DNA from: an uncultured Clostridia bacterium
Lineage (GTDB): Bacteria; Bacillota; Dehalobacteriia; UBA4068; CALXSR01
Length of the DNA stretch: 64,000 nt
Direction: 5' to 3'
NCBI GenBank assembly: GCA_944391215.1
Contig: CALXSR010000030.1
Location: 11,002-75,001 of the forward strand
Part shown: positions 8,808-18,795 of the stretch, one piece after another
Layout of the letters: the number at the start of each line of letters is the position of its first letter
Position numbering within the stretch: the first letter of the stretch is position 1
The notes under the pieces: model-generated
Seen by the model: only the letters and a program-made list of their open reading frames with translations
Told to the model about the DNA's origin: nothing
The model's database searches: none
Program-made: the position numbers and the translations under genes

Positions 8808-9350
8808 ATGACGATTGGAGCGAAAATTCGTAGTTTGCGGGTGCAAAACGGGCTGACCCTAGAAGAATTGGCGGCGCGTTCTGAATTGACCAAAGGTTTT
8901 TTGTCCCAAGTGGAAAGGGACTTATCCTCTCCTTCCATTGCTACTTTAATTGATATTTTGGAATGTTTGGGAACCGATTTAGCTCATTTTTTTAGTGAAG
9001 GACAAGAGGAAAAAATTGTTTTCCGGCAAGAAGACGTTTTTGTGCAGGAAGAAAAAAATGGTTCCTATACCATAGAATGGATTGTGCCCAATGCTCAAAA
9101 AAACGAAATGGAACCCATTATGATTACTTTAAAGCCCGGAGCGGAATCCGAACGATATTGCCCTCATTCCGGGGAAGAGTTTGGCTATGTTTTAAACGGT
9201 AGTGTAGTTTTGCATTTGGGCAATAAAAAATATCGATGTAAAAAAGGAGAAGCTTTTTCCTTTAAACCGGAAACGGAACATTATTTGGCCAATGCCTCCA
9301 AGCAAAAAGAGGCCAAAATTTTGTGGATTTCCAATCCACCCAGTTTTTAA
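8808..9350 (+). CDS. XRE-family HTH transcriptional regulator with C-terminal cupin domain (PuuR-like)
   Basis: 180 aa. N-terminal HTH region [32 protein letters not shown] and cupin-like C-terminus. RBS ggagga. Sits immediately upstream of potABCD. Confidence 0.8.
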   Translation: MTIGAKIRSLRVQNGLTLEELAARSELTKGFLSQVERDLSSPSIATLIDILECLGTDLAHFFSEGQEEKIVFRQEDVFVQEEKNGSYTIEWIVPNAQKNEMEPIMITLKPGAESERYCPHSGEEFGYVLNGSVVLHLGNKKYRCKKGEAFSFKPETEHYLANASKQKEAKILWISNPPSF

Positions 9351-9364
9351 AAGGAGGTCATCCC

Positions 9365-10429
9365 TTGGCGCAGCATATTATTGAATTATTTGATGTTTGT
9401 AAAGATTTTTCCGGTACTCAGGTACTGAAAAATATCAACTTATATGTTAGAAAAAATGAATTTATTACTTTATTGGGGCCTTCTGGCTGCGGAAAAACAA
9501 CTACCTTGCGTTTGATTGCTGGTTTTGAGCAACCAACCCGCGGACAAATTTATTTTTATGACCAATGTATTAACCGGGTTCCGCCTTATCAAAGAAGATT
9601 AAATACTGTTTTCCAACGTTATGCGCTTTTTCCGCACCTGACGGTAGCGGATAATATTGCTTTCGGTTTAAAAATTCGTAAAGTGCCGGCAGAGGAAATG
9701 AAAACCCGTATTGCGCATGTTTTAAAATTGGTGGGTTTGTCCGGTTATGAAAAAAGATGGCCGGATTCTTTATCCGGCGGACAACAACAAAGGGTGGCTA
9801 TTGCCAGGGCTTTGGTGAATCAACCGGAAGTATTGCTGTTGGATGAGCCTTTGGGCGCGCTGGATTTAAAAATGCGCCAGGGTATGCAAATAGAGCTGAA
9901 AAATATGCAGCGCCAGTTGGGAATTACCTTTATTTATGTAACCCATGATCAGGAAGAAGCATTGACGATGTCCGATACGGTTGTGGTGATGAAGGACGGC
10001 CGTATTCAACAAATTGGAACGCCGGAAGATATTTATAATGAACCGAAGAATGCGTTTGTAGCGGATTTTATCGGCGAAAGTAATATTATTGACGGTTTGA
10101 TGAAAAAGGATTTTTTGGTGGAATTTGCCGGAAGAGAATTTGTTTGCGTGGATGCCGGCTTTGGTTTCGATATACCGGTAGACGTGGTGGTTCGTCCCGA
10201 AGATATTAAAGTTGTTGCCCCAGAAGAAGGCATGTTAAAAGGAATTGTCACTTCTTTGGTTTTTTTGGGTGTACATTATGAAATGCAGGTGGAAGCAACT
10301 GGTTTTAACTGGCGTTTGCATAGCACTCAAATGTATCCGGTTGGTAGTGAAATCGGCATGAATATTTTGCCGGACGATATCCACATTATGGAAAAAAGCG
10401 CCCCGCAAATAGGGGAGGAAGAATCATGA
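9365..10429 (+). CDS. potA: Spermidine/putrescine ABC transporter ATP-binding protein
   Basis: Walker [15 protein letters not shown] signature [15 protein letters not shown], Walker B LLLDEPL and a C-terminal TOBE-like domain. A TTG start at 9365 is preferred because it lies 6 nt after aaaggaggt. The longer ATG at 9323 overlaps the regulator gene. Confidence 0.85.
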   Translation: MAQHIIELFDVCKDFSGTQVLKNINLYVRKNEFITLLGPSGCGKTTTLRLIAGFEQPTRGQIYFYDQCINRVPPYQRRLNTVFQRYALFPHLTVADNIAFGLKIRKVPAEEMKTRIAHVLKLVGLSGYEKRWPDSLSGGQQQRVAIARALVNQPEVLLLDEPLGALDLKMRQGMQIELKNMQRQLGITFIYVTHDQEEALTMSDTVVVMKDGRIQQIGTPEDIYNEPKNAFVADFIGESNIIDGLMKKDFLVEFAGREFVCVDAGFGFDIPVDVVVRPEDIKVVAPEEGMLKGIVTSLVFLGVHYEMQVEATGFNWRLHSTQMYPVGSEIGMNILPDDIHIMEKSAPQIGEEES

Positions 10430-11253
10430 AAAAAAAGTGGTTTTCTTATCCTTATTTGCTATGGATGCTGCTTTTTACGGTTATTCCTATGGCCTTGATT
10501 TTATATTATAGCTTAACCGATACCGTGAATGGAGAAACGGTTTTTACCCTGGCTAATTTTCAAAAGTTTTTTCAGCCTGTATACTTAAAAGTTTTGTGGC
10601 ATTCTTTGGTACTAGCCTTTTATTGTACAGTGGGTTGTTTATTGATTGGTTATCCCATGGCGGCAATTTTGGCCAACCAGCATTTTGTAAAAAAGAAATT
10701 TTTAATTATGTTAATTATGTTGCCTACCTGGATGAATATTTTGTTGCGTACTTATGCTTGGATGACCATTTTGGAAAGAAACGGTGTTTTAAACAGCTTC
10801 TTGGGCTTTTTTGGCATAGAACCAATGCAATTTTTATATACTGAAGGCGCTGTTATTATGGGTATGATTTATAACTTTTTGCCTTTTATGGTGTTGCCCA
10901 TTTATTCTGTTTTGGTGAAGATGGATAAAAGTTTGATTGAAGCCGCAGAAGATTTGGGCGCTAACCGGATTCAGATTTTTCGCAAGGTAACTTTTCCCTT
11001 AAGTGCGCCGGGTGTCATTTCCGGTATTGTTATGGTGTTTATGCCGGCGGTATCCACTTTTGTAATTTCCCGTTTATTAGGCGGCGGCCAATTCGCTTTA
11101 ATTGGGAATTTAATTGAGCAGCAATTCCTGTGGGTGGGCGATTGGAATTTTGGTTCGGCGCTTTCTATTGTTATGATGGTGCTCATTTTATTATCGATGG
11201 CCGTTTTGAATCGTTATGACAAGGATAAGGAGGCGGGTGGTTCTTTATGGTAA
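10426..11253 (+). CDS. potB: Spermidine/putrescine ABC transporter permease
   Basis: 275 aa with 6 TM helices. ATGA start/stop overlap with potA. Binding-protein-dependent transport permease signature. Confidence 0.85.
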   Translation: MKKKWFSYPYLLWMLLFTVIPMALILYYSLTDTVNGETVFTLANFQKFFQPVYLKVLWHSLVLAFYCTVGCLLIGYPMAAILANQHFVKKKFLIMLIMLPTWMNILLRTYAWMTILERNGVLNSFLGFFGIEPMQFLYTEGAVIMGMIYNFLPFMVLPIYSVLVKMDKSLIEAAEDLGANRIQIFRKVTFPLSAPGVISGIVMVFMPAVSTFVISRLLGGGQFALIGNLIEQQFLWVGDWNFGSALSIVMMVLILLSMAVLNRYDKDKEAGGSLW

Positions 11254-12068
11254 ATAAAAATGGTGAATCTCGCTTGTCCTTATGGCTGCAAAAGGGGTAT
11301 TTATTTTTATGCTTTGCTTTTTTGTACGCGCCCATCGTTATTTTAATGATATTTTCTTTTAATGAATCGAAATCGCGTGGGCAGTGGACTGGTTTTTCTT
11401 TTAAATGGTATCAAGAAGCTTTTCACAATGAACAAATTTTATCGGCTTTATATAATACCATTTTAATTGCTGTTTTGGCTGCTGTGATTGCCACCATTAT
11501 TGGCACGATTGCGGCGATTGGCTTACAAGATTTGGGCAAAGTAAGCAAATATATCGCTTTGGAAGTAAATTATTTCCCAGTCATCAATCCTGATATTGTA
11601 ACAGGGATTTCCTTGATGTTATTATTTATTTTTTCCAAAATTGAATTAGGTTTTGTCACTTTGTTATTGGCGCATATTTCCTTTTGCATTCCTTATGTAG
11701 TGCTTTCGGTACTGCCAAAATTAAAGCAAATGGATAACAATTTATATGAGGCTGCTTTGGATTTGGGCGCTACCCCAATGTATGCTTTACGAAAAGTGAT
11801 TTTACCGCAAATTATGCCGGGTGTTTTTACCGGTATGTTGTTGGCTTTTACTTTATCTTTAGATGATTTTGTGGTAAGCTTTTTCACTACTGGTAACGGG
11901 GTGTCTAATTTATCAATTACTATTTATAATATGGTGCGTCGTGGAGTTAGCCCGCAAATCAACGCCATTTGTACCGTAATGTTCGTTACTGTTTTATTAT
12001 TGTTAGTTATCATAAATATCCGTATGAATCGGGAGAAAAAACAAATGCAAAAGATGGACCGCATCTAG
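11247..12068 (+). CDS. potC: Spermidine/putrescine ABC transporter permease
   Basis: 273 aa multi-TM permease whose start overlaps the potB stop. Confidence 0.85.
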   Translation: MVNKNGESRLSLWLQKGYLFLCFAFLYAPIVILMIFSFNESKSRGQWTGFSFKWYQEAFHNEQILSALYNTILIAVLAAVIATIIGTIAAIGLQDLGKVSKYIALEVNYFPVINPDIVTGISLMLLFIFSKIELGFVTLLLAHISFCIPYVVLSVLPKLKQMDNNLYEAALDLGATPMYALRKVILPQIMPGVFTGMLLAFTLSLDDFVVSFFTTGNGVSNLSITIYNMVRRGVSPQINAICTVMFVTVLLLLVIINIRMNREKKQMQKMDRI

Positions 12069-12091
12069 CAGATACAAAAAGGAATAAAATA

Positions 12092-13165
12092 ATGGAGGTT
12101 AGAAAATTGCAAAAGTCTTTTTGGAAAAAGTTGGGTATCACACTATTACTTACCGTTTCCGTTTTTGGATTGGTTGCTTGCGGAGACAAAAAGGATGATC
12201 AAAAAACCATCAGCGTGTACAATTGGGGATTATATATCGACCCGAATGTATTGGACATGTTTGAAGAAGAAACCGGTATTAAAGTGCAGTATGACGAGTT
12301 TTCAACCAATGAAGACATGTATATTAAAGTGAAATCCGGTGGCAGCAAGTATGATATTATTATTCCTTCCGACTATATGATTGAAAAAATGATCAAAGAA
12401 GATATGTTGGCGGAATTGAATTTTGATAATATCCCGAATTACGCGAATGTGGATGATCAGTTTAAAAATTTGGCTTATGATCCGGACGGTAAATATTCTG
12501 TACCGTATATGTGGGGTACCGTGGGTATTGTTTATAATAAAACCATGGTAGAAGAACCGATTACCAGCTGGAATGCTCTTTGGGATGAAAAATATAAAAA
12601 GCAAATTTTCATGCTGGATTCTCCACGGGATTCCATTGGGGTTGCTTTAAAATTGATGGGCTACGGTTTTAATGCTGAAAATACCGAACAGCTGGAAATT
12701 GCCAAAGAAAAATTGATTGAACAAAGACCTTTGGTTCTATCTTATGTTGTGGATGAAGTGCGCGATGCTATGTTAGCTGGGGAAGCAGCAATGGCTTTGG
12801 TATGGTCCGGAGAAGGCATGTATTTAACCTGGAACGATGAAAATTTAGAATATGTCATTCCGGAAGAAGGCAGCAATATTTGGTTCGATTCGATTGTCAT
12901 TCCAAAAGATGCGCCGCATAAAGAAGAAGCGGAAGCTTTTATCAATTTCTTATGCCGTCCCGATATTGCCAAATTGAATGTGGAAGAAATTGGTTATGCT
13001 ACTCCTATTCCGGCTGCACAAGAATTGTTAGCTCCGGAAATTAAGGACGATCCAATGGGCTATCCCAGTGCGGATATCATTGCAAAATGTGAAGTTTTCC
13101 GCGATCCGGGCGAATTTTTAAGCGAATACGATCGGGTTTGGACAGAAGTGAAAGCCTCGAAATAG
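12092..13165 (+). CDS. potD: Spermidine/putrescine ABC transporter substrate-binding lipoprotein
   Basis: Signal peptide with lipobox ...FGLVACG. PotD/PotF periplasmic binding-protein fold. Start at the ATG at 12092, after aaagga. Confidence 0.85.
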   Translation: MEVRKLQKSFWKKLGITLLLTVSVFGLVACGDKKDDQKTISVYNWGLYIDPNVLDMFEEETGIKVQYDEFSTNEDMYIKVKSGGSKYDIIIPSDYMIEKMIKEDMLAELNFDNIPNYANVDDQFKNLAYDPDGKYSVPYMWGTVGIVYNKTMVEEPITSWNALWDEKYKKQIFMLDSPRDSIGVALKLMGYGFNAENTEQLEIAKEKLIEQRPLVLSYVVDEVRDAMLAGEAAMALVWSGEGMYLTWNDENLEYVIPEEGSNIWFDSIVIPKDAPHKEEAEAFINFLCRPDIAKLNVEEIGYATPIPAAQELLAPEIKDDPMGYPSADIIAKCEVFRDPGEFLSEYDRVWTEVKASK

Positions 13166-13260
13166 AAGGAATGGTAAATAGAAGCAGTAGATAGAAATAG
13201 TAAATAAAATCAAGGACAATATGGAAATTTTGATAGCAAAATGCACGATCATAAGCAAGA

Positions 13261-13290
13261 AAGAAGGCGAAATTTCGCCTTCTTTTTTTG
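13261..13290 (+). terminator. Rho-independent terminator after potD
   Basis: aagaaggcgaaatttcgccttctttttttg: perfect stem followed by a T7 run. Confidence 0.75.
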
Positions 13291-13358
13291 CCTAGTTGTC
13301 AAAAAACAAGATTCATTATAGAATAGCTATAGAAAAGAAAAAAAGAAGGTATGATAAA

Positions 13359-14279
13359 ATGCCTAAAAATGGCAAATGGTATTTTTGCATTTTTATTGCG
13401 GTGTTAATTTGGGGCAGCTCTTTTCCGGTAAGTCGTTATTTATTGGGGGAGATTCCGCCTTATAGTTTGGCTTTTTTGCGTAATACCATTACCGCGGTGG
13501 TTTTCTTTTTGCTGTTACCCATTATGAAAGTAAAAATTGATTGGAAAAGCGTGAGGGAACACTTATTTTTATTATTCTGTCTAGGTTTTACCGGGGTGGG
13601 CATTTATAATATTTTTATGACTGTTGGTTTACAGGGAACCCCAGCCGGAAAAGCGTCTTTAATTAGTTCAAGCAGTATCTTATTTGGTTCCATTTTAGCG
13701 GCTATTTTCCTAAAAGAAAAATTAACCAAACGAAAATTAGGCGGTTTATTGTTTTCTATGTGTGGCGTGGTTTTGGTTTTAACCGAAGGGAATTTTAATT
13801 TAGGGAAAATAAACCCCAGTGATTTTTACTTTTTTGGTACGGCGATTTCTTGGGGTACCTATATGGTGTTAACGCGTTATGCTTCAGATAAAATGGATAC
13901 GATGGTTTTAATGCCTTTTGTGTTTTTGTTCGGCGCTATTACGGCCTTTATTTTTTGGTTGCCGGGGGCGGCCAATAGCCCTTTAATTGGTTTTTCTCCA
14001 GTTGCTTGGGCGGGTTTGTTTTATATGTCTCTGTTTTCTGGGGCGGTGGCCTTCCTTTGTTCTTATTTAGGGGTAAAGCATGTTGGTACCATTCCTAGCA
14101 ATATTTGTAATACGCTGATTCCTGTCTGGTCTTGTGTGTTTTCCTTTTTATTTATGGGAGAAACCATGAGTTTGCCGCAAGTGTTGGGAGCGACCGTTGC
14201 GGTATGCGGCGTTTTATGGGGGGTTACCGGTATTCGCTCGCAAAGACAAGAAATGCCAGTGACTGCGCGTATGGAATGA
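13359..14279 (+). CDS. EamA/DMT-family transporter
   Basis: About 306 aa with 10 predicted TM helices and two EamA-like repeats. Start at ATG 13359 after gaaggt. Confidence 0.7.
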   Translation: MPKNGKWYFCIFIAVLIWGSSFPVSRYLLGEIPPYSLAFLRNTITAVVFFLLLPIMKVKIDWKSVREHLFLLFCLGFTGVGIYNIFMTVGLQGTPAGKASLISSSSILFGSILAAIFLKEKLTKRKLGGLLFSMCGVVLVLTEGNFNLGKINPSDFYFFGTAISWGTYMVLTRYASDKMDTMVLMPFVFLFGAITAFIFWLPGAANSPLIGFSPVAWAGLFYMSLFSGAVAFLCSYLGVKHVGTIPSNICNTLIPVWSCVFSFLFMGETMSLPQVLGATVAVCGVLWGVTGIRSQRQEMPVTARME

Positions 14280-14291
14280 GAAAATAAAATG

Positions 14292-14320
14292 CAATCCCGC
14301 TTCAGCGGGATTTTTCTTTT
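14292..14320 (+). terminator. Rho-independent terminator
   Basis: aatcccgcttcagcgggatt followed by a T run. Confidence 0.65.
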
Positions 14321-14335
14321 AGGAGGTTGGATAGG

Positions 14336-14992
14336 ATGACTTTTTTAGGCGGGATTATTTTTGATATGGATAATACCTTGTTGTCTTCAAAAATTAACTT
14401 TAAAAAAATGAAGCAACGGGTTGTGGACGGTTTGCAAAAAAGGGGAGCGCAGCCGGATTTGCGCTTATCTACAAGCCAACTTTTGGCCTGGGCCGAGGAA
14501 CAATTTCCTACGGACAAGGATTTTACGCAAAGCCTTTGGCAGGCGGTAGCGGAAGAAGAAAATTTGGGTCTTTCTTTGGCGGAAAAGGAGCCCGGGGCGG
14601 AAGCATTATTAAATGCGTTAAAAGGGGAATACTATCTGGCATTGCTTACCAATAATCAGGAGCAAGCAGCAAGGGAAACAGTAGCGAAAATGGGCGTTTT
14701 GCCCCATGTGCATCAAATGGTAGGCAGAGAAAGCGTGCCGGCCTTAAAACCCTCTCCTTTGGGCTATTTGGCAATTATGAAGCAACAAGAACAAATAAAA
14801 AAGTGGGTGGCCATTGGCGATGCCTGGAACGACGGCGAAGCCGCCCGTTTAAGCGGGATTCCCTTCATTGCCTATGTGGGGAGTCGTAAAGAGCATTGGC
14901 CGCAGCGGGAAGTAAAACCGGTCATGGTTTTGGAACAATGGGGGGAAAAGGAAATTGAAGCGATTCGCAACTTTTTTGCGCATGGCTTTTAA
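14336..14992 (+). CDS. HAD-superfamily hydrolase
   Basis: N-terminal motif I IIFDMDNTLL (DxD) and motif IV IGDAWNDGEAA. RBS taggaggttgg. Confidence 0.65.
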   Translation: MTFLGGIIFDMDNTLLSSKINFKKMKQRVVDGLQKRGAQPDLRLSTSQLLAWAEEQFPTDKDFTQSLWQAVAEEENLGLSLAEKEPGAEALLNALKGEYYLALLTNNQEQAARETVAKMGVLPHVHQMVGRESVPALKPSPLGYLAIMKQQEQIKKWVAIGDAWNDGEAARLSGIPFIAYVGSRKEHWPQREVKPVMVLEQWGEKEIEAIRNFFAHGF

Positions 14993-15019
14993 GGAAGGAT
15001 TTATTTGAAGGAAGACAAT

Positions 15020-15898
15020 ATGCAAAAAGACGGTTGCCCTCCCGTGGGGCAAACAGACGGGGAAGAAACGGATAACGAAGCAGCGGAACCTTTGGAAAAA
15101 TGGCAAAGACCGCCTAGCGCGAAAGACGCCGCGCAGTTAGATTTGGATTTGATTGCCGAATTGAATGCGGATACTTCCTTGTTAGAAGAGAAACCACGTC
15201 CCAAAAAGCACTTTTGGAGTATTGTGGCTTTGCTTTTGGCCATTACCATTTTATGTGGTTTTATTTTTGCGGTTTACGGTAAGCTAAAAGAGAACGACTT
15301 GGGCTTTTTACAGGAAAATGTGCAATTAGCCCAGGACCCTTTTGTGCAAAGTTTAAAAGGGGCTATTTTAGGCGTGCAGTGCAAGGATGCGCGTGGCACT
15401 GCTTTTTCTATCCGGTCGGATGGTTTGGCGCTGACCAATTATCATGTGGTGCAAAGCGCGAAAAACGCCGGTGATATTATTTTGTCTTTACAGGATGGAA
15501 AACTGGCAATTTGTACTTCTTATTTGCTTTATCCGGAATTGGATTTGGCGGTGTTAAGTTTTTCAGCGCAAGATTTATCTTATGTGCAAATTAGTTTAGA
15601 AGAGCCAAAAAAGGGCGACTTATTGTATTTTGTCGGGAATCCTTTGGGTTTTTCTTTGCAGGCCGGCCGGGGTAAAGTATTGCGGCATACCCTTTCCGAG
15701 GGTATGCAACCCCCTGTTTTATTGTTTTCCGGTTTGGTGAATTCCGGTAATTCCGGCAGCCCTGTTTTTAATGAGGACGGACAGGCTGTGGCGGTTATTT
15801 TTGCTAAATTATCGAATGTGAAGGCGACCGGTTTGGCGATAGAATTGAAATATCTCTTTGAAAAAGAGGATTTTTTACAAATTTTTGCCCGATCATAA
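15020..15898 (+). CDS. Membrane-anchored trypsin-like (S1) serine peptidase
   Basis: One TM helix (FWSIVALLLAITILCGFIF) followed by a His/Asp/Ser triad context: NYHVV, ELDLAVL, GNSGSPVF. Confidence 0.7.
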   Translation: MQKDGCPPVGQTDGEETDNEAAEPLEKWQRPPSAKDAAQLDLDLIAELNADTSLLEEKPRPKKHFWSIVALLLAITILCGFIFAVYGKLKENDLGFLQENVQLAQDPFVQSLKGAILGVQCKDARGTAFSIRSDGLALTNYHVVQSAKNAGDIILSLQDGKLAICTSYLLYPELDLAVLSFSAQDLSYVQISLEEPKKGDLLYFVGNPLGFSLQAGRGKVLRHTLSEGMQPPVLLFSGLVNSGNSGSPVFNEDGQAVAVIFAKLSNVKATGLAIELKYLFEKEDFLQIFARS

Positions 15899-15900
15899 CT

Positions 15901-15932
15901 TGACAAGGCTTGATTGGTGCTGCATAATATAC
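15901..15932 (+). promoter_or_regulatory. Sigma-70-type promoter for the decarboxylase gene
   Basis: TTGACA-N18-(TGc)ATAATA. Confidence 0.4.
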
Positions 15933-15953
15933 AAAAAATAAGGAGGGCTTTTC

Positions 15954-17207
15954 ATGACAGAAAAAAAACTTCCCTGCCCAGGGGAAAAAATTGTGGCTTT
16001 AGCGGAACAATACGGCACGCCATTTTATTTATATGATGAAGCGGGGATTCGGCAAAATGCGAAGAAATTGCAAAAGGCTTTTGCTTGGGCTCCTTCTTTT
16101 CAAGAATATTTTGCGGTAAAGGCAACGCCAAATCCGTATATTATGCGTATTTTACAGGAAGAAGGCTGTGGCGCGGATTGCAGCTCCTTAGCGGAGTTGT
16201 TGTTGGCTGAAAAAATTGGTTTAAAAGGCGCGCAAATTTGTTTTACTTCCAATGATACGCCGATGGAAGAATTTGAAAAGGCCCTGGCATTGGGCGCTAT
16301 TTTAAATTTAGATGATATTACCCATATTGCTTGTTTGGAAAAATTGGGCCCCTTGCCGCAAACGCTTTCTTTCCGATATAATCCCGGGCCTTCCCGGAGC
16401 GGCGGCAATGATATTATTGGCAAACCGCACGAAGCCAAATATGGTTTAACCCATGAACAAATTTTGCAAGCCGTTGCCATGGCCAAAGAAAAAGGGGTAA
16501 GGCATTTTGGTTTGCATACCATGGTGATTTCCAATGAATTAAATTTGGATTACTTGTTGGAAACCGCTACTATGATGTTTGACTTAGCGGTTGAGATTGC
16601 GCAAAAAACAGGAATAAAAGTGGAATTTATCAACTTGGGCGGCGGTATTGGTATTCCTTATACGCCGCAAGCGGAAGCGGTAGATTTGGATGCTTTCGGC
16701 GCTGGGGTAAAAAAAGAATATGAAAGAATTTTAGTACCAGCCGGTTTGGCCCCGGTAAAAATTTGCTTGGAAAGCGGCCGCATGATGACGGGACCATATG
16801 GTTTCTTGGTATCCCGTGTTTTGCATAAAAAAGATATTTATAAACAATATGTGGGTATGGACGCTTGTATGGCCAATTTAATGCGTCCGGCCTTATATGG
16901 CGCGTATCATCATATTACGGTAGTTGGCAAGGAAGAAGCGGTAAAAGATCATATTTATGATGTAACCGGTTCCCTTTGCGAAAACAACGATAAATTTGCT
17001 ATTGATCGCGCTTTGCCGGAAATTAGTATCGGCGATTTATTGGTTTTCCATGACGCCGGTGCGCATGGGCATGCGATGGGCTTTAATTATAATGGTCGTT
17101 TGCGTTGCCAAGAACTTTTATTGAAGGAAGATGGCAGTGTGCAAATGATTCGCCGCAATGAAACATTGGCGGATTATTTTGCTACTTTGGATTTTGGGCA
17201 ACTATAA
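15954..17207 (+). CDS. lysA: PLP-dependent alanine-racemase-fold (fold III) decarboxylase of the LysA/ODC family; probably diaminopimelate decarboxylase
   Basis: 417 aa. TPFYLYD N-terminus, PLP-lysine context FAVKATPN, GGGIGIPY, and C-terminal CENND resembling the LysA CESGD. An ODC-like GCGADCSS segment makes the substrate call (DAP versus Orn/Lys) uncertain. Confidence 0.55.
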   Translation: MTEKKLPCPGEKIVALAEQYGTPFYLYDEAGIRQNAKKLQKAFAWAPSFQEYFAVKATPNPYIMRILQEEGCGADCSSLAELLLAEKIGLKGAQICFTSNDTPMEEFEKALALGAILNLDDITHIACLEKLGPLPQTLSFRYNPGPSRSGGNDIIGKPHEAKYGLTHEQILQAVAMAKEKGVRHFGLHTMVISNELNLDYLLETATMMFDLAVEIAQKTGIKVEFINLGGGIGIPYTPQAEAVDLDAFGAGVKKEYERILVPAGLAPVKICLESGRMMTGPYGFLVSRVLHKKDIYKQYVGMDACMANLMRPALYGAYHHITVVGKEEAVKDHIYDVTGSLCENNDKFAIDRALPEISIGDLLVFHDAGAHGHAMGFNYNGRLRCQELLLKEDGSVQMIRRNETLADYFATLDFGQL

Positions 17208-17244
17208 TGATAAAATAAAGGGAATTGGGGATCGAAAATAGAAC

Positions 17245-17385
17245 AATAAAAAACCATCCGCTTAGTGCGTTGTTTTCAGAAAATCCGTGGGGGCGGTTAT
17301 TGCCGCCCGTGGGCAAGGAGATTTGTCCCTACGCGATGTTTTGATAGTGACGCTCTGTTATGGATGGTTTTTGTTTTTGGAAGAA
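17245..17385 (+). other. Candidate structured cis-regulatory RNA element in the 195-nt spacer between the two decarboxylase genes
   Basis: An 11-nt long-range complement aaaaaccatcc (about 17249-17259) pairs with ggatggttttt (about 17362-17372). Between them is a GC hairpin gggcgg-ttattg-ccgccc, with a T-rich tract 3' of the second arm. It matches no riboswitch class I can recall. Confidence 0.3.
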
Positions 17386-17401
17386 AGAAGGATGAGGAAA
17401 A

Positions 17402-18757
17402 ATGACCAAATCCATTGAAGAGGCTTTGTACAGTTGGCGCAAACAAGAAGCGGTTTCTTTTCATGTGCCGGGCCATTTAGGTCGCGGGCCGGAAAGCAGT
17501 CGTTATGATACCACAGAACTTACTGGGCTGGATAATTTGCATCATCCGGAGGGTATCTTAAAGCAGGCACAAGAGGAAGCGGCGCAATTAGTGGGTGCGC
17601 AAAAAGCTTACTTTTTGGTAAATGGGGCCAGTGTTGGAATCCAAGCAGCCATTTTAGCTGCCTGCCAGGAAAAGGAAGAGATTATTGTACCACGCAATGT
17701 GCATATGAGCGTTTTATCCGGTCTTATTTTAAGTGGCGCCACGCCTGTTTTTTGCCCCGTAATGCAAGATGAGACATGGTTGTTGCCCAAACCTTATACG
17801 ATAGAAGAAATGCAAAAAGTTATGCAAGCGCATCCGAAAGCCAAAGCTTGTTTGGTAACTCATGCCGATTACCATGGTTTATGCGCAGATTTAACAGCTA
17901 CCGCCCAATTATGTCGGGCGCAGCAATGCCTTTTGTTGGCGGACGAAGCGCATGGTAGCCATTTTGCTTTTTTGCCGGATGGGCCGGTTAGCGCCAAAGA
18001 AGCGGGCGCTGATTTAAGTGTGCAAAGCTTTCATAAAACCATGGGTTCCTATACGCAAAGCGCCATTTTATGTAATTTTAGCGGGCGCTTATCGGTTGGC
18101 AAATATCTGCATTTTTTGCAGTCCACTAGCCCTTCTTATTTACTGATGGATTCTTTGCAAAAAGCGGTGCGCTTATGGTTAGCAGACGGTGCCCAGTTGG
18201 GGCAGCAGTTAAGTGATTTGGCGCAAAAAGCCAGAATGCAAATTGCGCAAATCGAAGGTATTGCGGTATTGCCTAATCAGGACCCCAGCCGTTTGGTAAT
18301 AAAAGGACCAAAAAGCGGCGCGCATTTGGCTGCTTTTTTAGCGCAAAATGGTATTTATGTGGAGATGGCGGAAAGAAAAGCGGTTACTCTTGTTTTAACT
18401 TATGCGCATCAGGAAAGTGATATTGAATTGCTGGTTCAGGTACTGTGGTCTTATGCTAAGCAGTATCGGGAAATAGAAGAAGAACAGTGCTCCTTACCGC
18501 TTTTTTCCTTGCCGCAAATGGTTTGCACGCCGCGCGAAGCGGTGCGTAAAGAAAGCAAAAATTGCCCTTTGTCGCAGGCAATAGGGCATATCGCTGCAGA
18601 TATGGTCATTCCCTATCCGCCGGGTATTCCCGTTTTGTTGCCCGGAGAAGAAATTAGTGCGGAAACCGTTTGTTTGTTGCAGGAGTTGGTGCAAAGGCCC
18701 GGGGAAATCATCGGTTTGGAAAAGGATTCCGCTATCTGCTTAAAGGTGATAAAATAA
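17402..18757 (+). CDS. Orn/Lys/Arg decarboxylase-family enzyme (fold I, B. subtilis YaaO/SpeA-like)
   Basis: 451 aa. PLP-lysine motif SFHKTMGS. Position immediately upstream of tmk matches B. subtilis yaaO. Confidence 0.8.
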   Translation: MTKSIEEALYSWRKQEAVSFHVPGHLGRGPESSRYDTTELTGLDNLHHPEGILKQAQEEAAQLVGAQKAYFLVNGASVGIQAAILAACQEKEEIIVPRNVHMSVLSGLILSGATPVFCPVMQDETWLLPKPYTIEEMQKVMQAHPKAKACLVTHADYHGLCADLTATAQLCRAQQCLLLADEAHGSHFAFLPDGPVSAKEAGADLSVQSFHKTMGSYTQSAILCNFSGRLSVGKYLHFLQSTSPSYLLMDSLQKAVRLWLADGAQLGQQLSDLAQKARMQIAQIEGIAVLPNQDPSRLVIKGPKSGAHLAAFLAQNGIYVEMAERKAVTLVLTYAHQESDIELLVQVLWSYAKQYREIEEEQCSLPLFSLPQMVCTPREAVRKESKNCPLSQAIGHIAADMVIPYPPGIPVLLPGEEISAETVCLLQELVQRPGEIIGLEKDSAICLKVIK

Positions 18758-18795
18758 AGAATATGGTATTTTTTGTGTTTGGCTAAGGAGAAAAT

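Noticed and set aside
15899-15953. Lysine riboswitch upstream of the lysA-like gene
   Set aside because: The 55-nt spacer holds only a promoter and RBS. No L-box blocks are present.
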